Below are positions 53,812-64,000 of a stretch of 64,000 nucleotides of DNA, piece by piece (positions within the stretch are counted from its first letter, which is position 1; every line of letters starts with the position of its first letter). The notes beneath the pieces were generated by a model, which searched no databases, was not told where the DNA came from, and was given only the letters and a program-made list of their open reading frames with translations. The DNA is from Tubiluchus corallicola. Its lineage: Eukaryota > Animalia > Priapulida. The stretch lies in NCBI GenBank assembly GCA_030141605.1, contig JAQGDQ010000980.1:1-64000 (forward strand), read 5' to 3'. A program made the position numbers and the translations under genes.

Positions 53812-55251
53812 AAGTTTTATTAACAATAAACAAGTGAAATGAGAACAGTCAAAACTTACTAGTGATGTCAATGACTATTTAGTTAAATCTGCAGGGTTGT
53901 TTTTGATGATGCTCGGCAAAATTTTGCTTTTGCAAAAATTTTTACGTAATTTACTAAAAATTTGAACGTAACTTAAATAGGGTCGCCGAAATTAAAGCAA
54001 AACCGGACCCAACCTTAAACCGATCAAAACAATCTACTCTTTAAAATACTGAAAGGAAACGTACTACTTTTTTCAAAAATGACGTGAAAAATTATTACCA
54101 CACAAACACGATTTTCTCGTTCTCGGTACTAGTTCTTCGCTGTTACTTGCATTTTGTCATTCACTGGTTAGATGGGCACCAGCGCCTGTATTTCGGAAAC
54201 GCATTACACAAAAACAGGTGCTGTACCTCTCAGTTCAGATGTGTTAATTTGTGACGAACTACACACGTTCGACAGCTCATGCGTGAGCACAGCGGTAAAT
54301 TTAAAATTTTGATTTTTTTGCCTTACAACTTTCCTAGTCTTAGAACAAACACACTGAATATCTTACAGTAGCACTGTACTTCAATTTCCGCCTTTGCAAA
54401 CACGTGCGGACGCTCATGGGATTTTTTTACTGTTGAAAATTGTGTTAGTTTGTGATGTAATCAATAGTTGGGCTCGTCCGTCGTTAATCAAGTTTTTAAT
54501 CTATTATTTAACTATCAGAAACGCTTTTGCAGTATTAATTATGTTAAAATGTATACTTTTATCGGACTTAAAAATTGACTAGTATGTGAAAAATCATCCT
54601 GTCTTCCTTTAAGCAACGTAAAACGGTCCAATAGACGGATAGGCGATTGGGAGATGGCTGTGTAGACGGCGAAAATTCGGTAAACGTAAAGTGCCCTTTG
54701 CTCATTTAAAATCTCATCTCAAAAGATTATGCTTGAAAATTACACAGATTTCGGTCCTGCTACAACAGCAGAGTCAGTTTAATGATGGATCCGGTTTGGA
54801 GAACGCTAAATTACATATAAAAACACAATAATTAATTTTTTATTTAGTTTGTAGATTGAATCTTGCTCTTTAATTCGCGTAACTGTAATCACGACTGTAG
54901 CAGACTTAGCTTTTTTTGTTAATCTTACTTATCGTGCACGAGGCGCCATCTGTGACGGGAATGTAAAGCTTTTGGTTTTGGCCGGTTTTTTCTGTTTGTT
55001 ACCTGCTAGTCACCTGTCTTGTTTTTATACACCTGTGCTCTGAAGGGTTAATCCACTTTATGGGATCTGTTGGACATTTGTGTACTGATTATGTTACAAT
55101 AAAGCATTCAGTGGTATTAACCTCTGTTGACAGTGTTTCTGTGACTACAACGACTTTTGTCTTGACTTGTTACATGCTGTAATACTTAATGGCAATCCGA
55201 AAATAAACAACCCTATAAGATAAACTCAATATTTTGGTTTTAAATTTGCAG

Positions 55252-55306
55252 TTTTGGTGGTGGTTTTGGAGGAGGAAGGAAGCGATCGGCGTATTACACA
55301 TACTAG
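55252..55306 (+). CDS. Gene C copy 2, terminal exon
   Basis: Identical to 46226-46280; AATAAA follows. Confidence 0.78.
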
Positions 55307-55847
55307 GTCGAAGATACTCAATCATCCATTTCTGCTTTCAAGAATTTTGAATAAAGAGTGACATCAGTTATTATTTGTGTGGAATATTCTTTTGTGTTAT
55401 GTTTTCTGTGGTCGCGACTTAAAAAACAGTGTAAATATAGTGGAAAAATTTCGTCGTTAGCCAATTTCTGTAATCATTTTTGATAATCTTCCATAATCAA
55501 GACACATATACACCTCCTATAGGAGGAAACTAGCACTTTTGTTCTGATTGGAGTAACTAATTTCAAGTCCCAAGTTCCATATATGTGTGTATTTTATAAT
55601 TTGTTATTTTTTGATCAGCCCTGAACAGTTTAGCACGTTAGCGCATTTATATAAAAAGGGGATTATCAGTTGACATGTTTTAAAAGGTTAATTTACGGAA
55701 GGCAAATATGTATCCAAATTAGTCACACGTGAGTTTTCCTAGTCTAATTCCTTTGATAATAAAGATTTAGGAGGTCAAATATTTGTGTAAAATGTTTGTA
55801 TTTTTAACGCATTGTGGGTCTACATTACGAAAGCGTTTTAGGGCCAT

Positions 55848-58202
55848 GATATCCGATTATAAATAAATCTGGTTATAACAAACTTTTTTGCCATCCGATT
55901 GTAAAAAAATGTGGTTATAACCAATTTTTACCGTCCGATTGTAAAAAAATCTGGTTATAACCAATTTTTTGTCATCCTATTGTAAAAGATGTGGTTATAA
56001 CCAATTGTTTGCCGTCAAATTGTAAAAGAATCTGGTTATAACCAATTTTTTGTCATCAGATTGTAAAAGAATCTGGTTATAACCAATTTTTGCCTTCCGA
56101 TTGTAAAAGAATCTGGTTATAAACAATTTTTTGCCGTCCGATTGTAAAAAATGTGGCAATAACTATTTTTTGCTATCCGATTGTAAAAAATGTGGTTACA
56201 ACCAATTTTTACCGTTCGATTGTAAAAAAATCTGTTTATAACCAATTTTTTGTCATCCTATTGTAAAAGATGTGGTTATAACCAATTGTTTGCCGTCAAA
56301 TTGTAAAAGAATCTGGTTATAACCAATTTTTTGTCATCAGATTGTAAAAGAATCTGGTTATAACCAATTTTTGCCTTCCGATTGTAAAAGAATCTGGTTA
56401 TAAACAATTTTTTGCCATCCAATTGTAAAAAAATCTGGTTATAAACAATTTTTTGCTATCCGATTGTAAAAGAATCTGGTTATAAACAATTTTTTGCCAT
56501 CCAATTGTAAAAAAATCTGGTTATAAACAATTTTTTGCTATCCGATTGTAAAAAAATCTGGTTATAAACAATTTTTGCCTTCCGATTGTAAAATAATCTG
56601 CTTATAACCAATTTTTGCCTTCCGATTGTAAAAGAATCTGGTTATAAACAATTTTTTGCCATCCAATTGTAAAAGAATCTGGTTATAAACAATTTTTTGC
56701 TATCCGATTGTAAAAAAATCTGGTTATAAACAATTTTTTGCTATCCGATTGTAAAAAAATCTGGTTATAAACAATTTTTGCCTTCCGATTGTAAAATAAT
56801 CTGCTTATAACCAATTTTTGCCTTCCGATTGTAAAAGAATCTGGTTATAAACAATTTTTTGCCATCCAATTGTAAAAAATCTGGTTATAAACAATTTTTT
56901 GCTATCCGATTGTAAAAAAATCTGGTTATAAACAATTTTTTGCCATCCGATTGTAAAAAAATCTGGTTATAAACAATTTTTGCCTTCCGATTGTAAAATA
57001 ATCTGCTTATAACCAATTTTTGCCTTCCGATTGTAAAAGAATCTGGTTATAAACAATTTTTTGCCATCCAATTGTAAAAAATCTGGTTATAAACAATTTT
57101 TTGCTATCCGATTGTAAAAAAATCTGGTTATAAACAATTTTTTGCCATCCGATTGTAAAAAAATCTGGTTATAACCAATTTTTTGCCATCCGATTGTAAA
57201 AGAATCTGGTTATAACCAATTTTTGCCTTCCGGTTGTAAAAGAATCTGGTTATAACCAATTTTTTTGCCGTCCGATTGTAAAAAAATCTGGTTATAAACA
57301 ATTTTTTGCCATCCGATTGTAAAAGAATCTGGTTATAACCATTTTTTGCCATCCCAGTGCGTAGCGGCACCAAAATTATGGAATGATTTGGCAGTTCATG
57401 CACGTTAAATCAATAATGTTCAAATCATTCCTTAAAACTTATTTTACAAACGAATTTATAAAATGTTATAAATGAATATGAATGACATTATTTTAAATAC
57501 TAGTCATTAAACTTTTCATTAAATAACTATTATAACTAACAGCAAGATTTAACAATATTTGTTTTATTAGTAATTGTTTTGTTTGTATATAGTGTCATTA
57601 TGTTTCAAAATTGAAATTGTGTGTATGTCTTGTAAGTATTTTTGACACTAATAAATAAATATCTAAATATAAAAAACACCCGGTCTGCTCCCCTCTGAAG
57701 CTGCTATTGTCCATCTTTCTACTTTTTAAACCATGCCCCACTCAAGGTCAACGGTATATAAGTGGTTATAACCAATTTTTTGCCATCCGATTGTAAAAAA
57801 ATGTGGTTATAAACAATTTTTTGCCATCCGATTGTAAAAGAATCTGGTTATAACCAATTTTTTGCCATCCGATTGTAAAAAAATCTGGTTATAAACAATT
57901 TTTTGCCATCCGATTGTAAAAAAATGTGGTTATAAAAATTTTTTGCTATCCGGTTGTAAAAGAATCTGGTTATAAACAATTTTTTGCTATCCGGTTGTAA
58001 AAGAATCTGGTTATAACAATTTTTTTGCCATCCGATTGTAAAAAAATCTGGTTATAAACAATTTTTTGCCATCCGATTGTAAAAAAATGTGGTTATAAAA
58101 ATTTTTTGCTATCCGGTTGTAAAAGAATCTGGTTATAAACAATTTTTTGCTATCCGGTTGTAAAAGAATCTGGTTATAACAATTTTTTTGCCATCCGATT
58201 GT
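55848..58202. repeat. ~40-41-bp satellite, copy 2
   Basis: Regular units, interrupted at ~57355-57760. Confidence 0.92.
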
Positions 58203-58788
58203 CAACGGTATCCCTACCGCCAGGCAAATTGAAATTGCATAACTTGCACTATATTTGGAAAAAAGAATTAAGAAAGCTCGGAAGATACTACCTCAGAATG
58301 TAAATGAAAACCGGCTTAGGATAAAGATAAGAAGACATTTTATGTATGAGAGCCAATTTGTCATTTTCACGTTTTATCTACGAACTGATATCATGTTGTC
58401 ATACTGAAGTATATATTTGATACGTGTCATAACGTTTGTGCAATGCTGTAGCGAGCAAATCATTGAAAACTCTGATTCTGTAGGTTAAGTAAATTTGTGA
58501 TTTTTATGTCTTATCTACAGGCTGACAAGTAGTTGGCACAGTGAAATACGTGTGACACAGGTAATAACACCTTCTGCGATGATACAGAATTAGTAACACT
58601 AATTACATAGGTCGTATACTATACATGTATAACATAATGTAGTTTTTATTCACCGTTTAGGCCTATCAATAGCTACATCATACAACTACACGCGTTAGTC
58701 TTGGTAAAAACTGTCTTTCTTTACGTGTATCTTTTAACTTTGCTTCTTTATCACTTATTAATGGTATTATTAACGTCTACAAATAACT

Positions 58789-59143
58789 CTATAATATCTG
58801 CAATAATAACTCATTAACGTCTACAATAATAACTCATTAATGTCTACAATAATAACTCATTAACGTCTGCAATAATAAAATATCTACAATAGTAACTCAT
58901 TAACGTCTACAATAATAACTCATTAACGTCTACAATAGTAAGTCACTAACGTCTACAATAATAACTCATTAACGTCTACAATAGTAAGTCACTAACGTCT
59001 ACAATAATAACTCATTAACGTCTACAATAATAACTCATTGACATCTACAATAACAACTGATTAACGTCTACAAAAATAACTCATTGACATCTACAATAAT
59101 AACTGATTAACGTCTACAATAATAACTCATTAATATCTACAAT
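58789..59143. repeat. 23-bp minisatellite (CTCATTAACGTCTACAATAATAA)n, ~15 copies
   Basis: Directly visible; begins at the right breakpoint of the 9-kb duplication. Confidence 0.9.
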
Positions 59144-59356
59144 GAACAATGATAATTTTTGTAACACCACAAAAATAAAACAATTTCGATTTTTATAAAT
59201 ATAAATCTGAATTTGTTCCAGGTGCTTTGCAACTTCATGAATATTAAAAATATAGTAGACCAATTACACCCATTAATAATACCAATATACACTAATAGAA
59301 TAGCACAAAGTAAATAAAATTACTAGCAAAAAAAGTGATAACAATCAATATAAATG

Positions 59357-59470
<114 letters not shown>

Positions 59471-59521
59471 GTGCCAAAAACAGATAGAAAGCAACAAAAA
59501 GTGTTATCAGCTACACAGATC

Positions 59522-60714
59522 AACAAGAATGAAACAAGGCAGATGTTCGAATGGTTTCTTACAAAGTTGCACTAAAGCGGCGTTTACCAGATATCTGGAA
59601 TGAATTTATGATCAAAAAGAAGTGACATACAAGTACAAATGGTTTCTTACAAAGTTGCATTAAACCGGCGTTTACCAGATATCTGGAATGAATTTATGAT
59701 CAAAAAGAAGTGACATACAAGCACGAAAGGTTTCTTACAAAGTTGCACTAAACCGGCGTTTACCAGATATCTGGAATGAATTTATGATCAAAATGAAGTG
59801 ACATACAAGCACGAAAGGTTTCTTACAAAGTTGCACTAAAGCGGCGTTTATCAGATATCTGGAATGAATTTATGATCAAAAAGAAGTGACATACAAGTAC
59901 GAATGGTTTCTTACAAAGTTGCACTAAACCGGCGTTTACCAGATATCTGGAATGAATTTATGATCAAAATGAAGTGACATACAAGCACGAAAGGTTTCTT
60001 ACAAAGTTGCACTAAAGCGGCGTTTATCAGATATCTGGAATGAATTTATGATCAAAAAGAAGTGACATACAAGTACGAATGGTTTCTTACAAAGTTGCAT
60101 TAAACCGGCGTTTACCAGATATCTGGAATGAATTTATGATCAAAAAGAAGTGACATACAAGCACGAATGGCTTCTTACAAAGTTGCATTAAACCGGCGTT
60201 TACCAGATATCTGGAATGAATTTATGATCAAAAAGAAGTGACATACAAGTACAAATGGTTTCTTACAAAGTTGCATTAAACCGGCGTTTACCAGATATCT
60301 GGAATGAATTATGATCAAAAAGAAGTGACATACAAGTACAAATGGTTTCTTACAAAGTTGCACTAAGGCGGCATTTATCAGATATCTGGAATGAATTATG
60401 ATCAAAAAGAAATGACACACAAGTACGAATAATTTCTTACAAAGTTGCACTAAAGTGGCGTTTATCAGACGTCCGAAATGCGTTACGCGTTATTGCGTGA
60501 AAATCACTTCATATAGTTTTGAATAAACACGTTTATCAGACTTGCAGCTGTGCGTAAACAATATAATAGAAACACGTAGCTGCAGAACAAAATAACGCAG
60601 TTATAAAGTGATTTTTCCGTGATAACGCAATTCCCCGGACGTCTGGTAAATTAATGCCGCTTTAATGCAACTGCACAAGAAGTCATTAGAATTTGAGTGT
60701 TGTTTCATTTTGTT
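59522..60714. mobile_element. Long-TIR MITE-like element whose left arm is expanded into an 88-bp tandem array (~10.5 copies, 59548-60480)
   Basis: Period 88 (59553, 59641, 59729...). The reverse complement of 60635-60714 (aacaaaatgaaacaa...cttcttgtgcagttgcattaaagcggca..tttaccagacgtccgg) matches the left end and the repeat unit. No TSD identified. Confidence 0.7.
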
Positions 60715-63224
60715 AAAAAATCCTTGTAGATAGATATTTTATTTCTGAAAATCGAATTTCCAACAGGAAATTACAAACTCGACGCATACCCGATGGTTTT
60801 ATCAGCGGGCAGAGCTCGGGTAATGATTTCCAGATCATACTAACAATTTGACTCAACATAGCTGCACAAGGTATATACACAGATATACAAATTTAGTTGA
60901 ACTCCATGAAACTCGGAAGGGAATGGTTAATGATGCGTTTCTGTTGGATGATGATCATGCACGTATGTTGTCTTTAAAATTTAAACTGTTTAAAATTACT
61001 ATTGGTGACATTTGCTAAATTGTAATTTGTCGTTTAGTCCATCTTGTTATTTTAATTTATTTCGCATTTTTAAATAAGGAAATACCAATGTACTTCAATT
61101 GAGTACTGCATGGTATATGTGAAAGTCATGTGTGAAGTTGTTGTTCAGTCACTTTGTTATGATTGAGTTTAGGCACAGAAGTATGAATAGGAATAAAAAA
61201 TCTATAATAAATATTTGCACCGCACACAACAGAAAAGTGTTTATTAGAACTACAGAAACATGAGTAGCATGACTGCTGCACTGAACACTGAGAGTTAGAG
61301 TGAGAGAATGACTAGAAAGCAAAACCAGTCAGTATATATAGGTGACCTATGCAGACTTGCACAGGCTTCACAAAAACCATTACTTTAAAATAGGGAGAGA
61401 ACCAGTGAATATGCATTCACTGGACCATACAATTATACTGGGGGTAAGTTAGCTGGTAGAATGTAACAAGATTAGCTCATAGATGGCAGCACCTAATTAA
61501 AATGTACAATTCCAACTTCTACAGTGTGAGACTAGTACATCTGCTCGAAAAGCAGGTGACCTTTTACGTTCGAGTCCCAAAATTTTTCAAGTGAAGTGCA
61601 AATTTTTCAGGCTTTTTAACTTAGTATTGCTTTTGTGCGTTTTAAGGAATGTCGATGCTAAAATATCTATGATGCACTTATGTTCATGTTCATTAGGCTT
61701 TTATTTACAAGCTGAATTTGGAACTAGTATTCCTAATGGCGCTTTTCTTTATTACAGTAACTGTGGATGCGCCCAGTCCAGGCAAAGAAACGGCAAAAAT
61801 CAGTATTGAACTGTGCGATAGACCTGCAATTTATTAAAATAACAGATCACAAAAAGTGCTTAAGAACGTGCTAATGCTTATTACTATTTAGACAAAATGA
61901 AAAGTTAGATTTAAGAAGACTGAAACACAAATTATTACTTTATGATTGTAGAGATTTGAAGCAATTCTAACCAATTTAAACTATTAACTAATTATTAAAG
62001 TAGATGGTGACTTACATTTACTGGTGACAACTTTGGTTTGAAAATACAACTAGTGACTGTTAAATTGTAACAAAATAGACAAAGCAATGCAAGTATAACC
62101 AAACGGCATGATTAGCAGAACGGCAACAGAAAATGTAATTACATGTAAGAACAAGTGTGACTGATAGGTGGCGTATACTACTAAAGCTTAGGTCACATGA
62201 CTAAGGCTGGCTTCGTCTTAAACACTTTCAGGAAATGCATGTTTGTAAAAATGCGAAAAGAAAACAAATAATTATAGTGTTAAGGTCAGTTTCTGGCCTT
62301 AACATGTAGGTGGCAGCACCTATGTGAACTTACCTGTAATTTTACCTGTAAATTAGGTTGTGCCTCGCTAAACACGCTCACAGAAGCCTCAGCAAACGTT
62401 AAATAATGTTTAGATAAAGTTCAAGTAATTATTTGTAGCGTCTTTACCTGATTTGCTATAAACCAGTATAACGTTCCAAGAATCTATTAAGTTATTATAG
62501 CCGCACGATGTGAGTAATATTTACTTTATTATCTTAAATTATAATAATTAGATTATTATACATTTGTAAGCAGTGAAAAGCAGGCAAATTTATTATTTTC
62601 ATCTTTTTATATATACAGAAATAAAGATTTCTGAGAACACCATATGCTATGAAGGAAATTCTTTGTGTTCCCGTCACATATAGAATGCTAGATTAAATTG
62701 CTTGACACCAACAGTAACTAATTATAATGTTGTGCCGTCGTTAGGGAAGGAACAAGAGACAAAATGAAAAAGCAGTTATTTACGAAGAAATGGACGTGAT
62801 AAAAGATACGTTTTAGATTCGTTCTGATCATTATTACTGAACTTTTCTACAGTACGCATATGTATACACGACTTGTCCTGTGGCCAACTTTTCCGTCATT
62901 GTGCTTTCACCATTGTGTAGGCTACTGTCTACATATTTGCGAGAGTGTGAAATGAGGCGAAATTGATTACCATATTATACCAGATTACCAGATTACCTAC
63001 ACTACCATATTATAGGGTAGAAGTGATGTGTGCAAAATATTATTGGCATTTCTCGGGTGCAAAGGTCCGGGGTGCGTTTTTCTAGTTCATGGAAGATCGA
63101 TTAGTGATGCACCATGAATAATATTCGTATTCTCGGTTCAATTTTGAGACTACAGAAATAGCACAATACATTGTTACCAGTAGTTATTTGAATTGTGCTA
63201 TGTCCCTTCAAATACACGTATTAC

Positions 63225-63694
63225 CAGGGTGCATAAGATTATGGATATGTATAAAATAAATAAAATAGCTTATTTTATGGATTTTTGAAATTTTATTTTA
63301 TGGATATCAATAAAATAAGAAATAGACTATATCTGGAACGAGATGCCCAGGGGGAAATCAATTAAAAAGTAAAAACAGGAGTGCTTGAACCGTGTTTTTA
63401 AACACGCAGTCTTAATTTTATCGGTTTCGTTTTAATTTTATCGGTTTCATATCACTTCAAATTTAATCAAATTTTACGAGACAATGCCTTGTAATTCATC
63501 ACTTCAGTTCAGGTAATTCATCTATTTGGTACGAATGTAGAATGCCCTCTAGGCTGAAGTTTCCGATCCAACGCCTGTATTCAGTTTTGATTGCCTATTT
63601 TATTTTATGCATTTCTTATTTTATGGATTTTTCAAATTTTATTTTATGGATTTTTGGTCTTATTTTATGGATATCCATAATCTTATGCAGCCTG
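63225..63694. mobile_element. hAT-like MITE
   Basis: TIRs CAGGGTGCATAAGATTATGGATAT / ATATCCATAATCTTATGCAGCCTG with TTTTATGGAT subterminal repeats. Perfect 8-bp TSD CGTATTAC at 63217-63224 and 63695-63702. Confidence 0.9.
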
Positions 63695-64000
63695 CGTATT
63701 ACTTTACTAAAGCATGGTATTAAGTCACTAATATTTAGAGAGATGGCGAAAGAGCTATTCATTTATGAAGCTTACTTTTATTAAAGTGTAGAGACAATTT
63801 ATAGGGTTACTAGAATAACCGGCTGTAAGATTATTTGAACATGATATGAATTGCTAAAATCTTGGTTAAGGAACAAAAAATGGCCGACCAAAGTAAGTCT
63901 CAGAAAATTCACAATAAAAAATTACCTAAGTATAATCTTAAGCGAATAAAGTACTCACGTTTTCGCGTTTACTCCAGTTTTTGTAAAATATTTCAACCGC

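Noticed and set aside
61591-61809. 72-aa ORF with signal-peptide-like start
   Set aside because: GTG start with no suitable acceptor or ATG; the hydrophobicity is explained by T-rich intron-like sequence.

Overview
AT-rich, intron-containing, repeat-dense eukaryotic (invertebrate animal) DNA; nothing prokaryotic and no CRISPR array. Most ORFs in the supplied track are microsatellite or transposon artefacts, so the real genes had to be assembled by hand from splice signals. (1) Two 5' coding exons of tyrosine aminotransferase (TAT) on the minus strand; the gene runs off the left edge. (2) A ~21 kb cluster (33.9-55.3 kb) of secreted proteins with no family I can name. Gene A (+, 243 aa) has a signal peptide, an Ala-rich part and a Gly/Tyr-repeat tail ending GKYY. 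Gene B (-, 4 coding exons, 220 aa) is a secreted Cys-rich protein absent from the ORF track. Gene C (+, 135 aa) has a signal peptide, an acidic Pro/Glu region and a Gly/Phe-rich tail ending G-RKR-SAYYTY; it is head-to-head with B. Gene C occurs twice because of a ~9.06 kb tandem duplication with a microhomology junction, which also copied B's promoter region and signal-peptide exon. The rest is hAT, Kolobok-like, piggyBac-like and Harbinger MITEs (several with intact TIRs and TSDs), LINE 3' fragments, minisatellites (some growing out of MITE arms) and long microsatellites.
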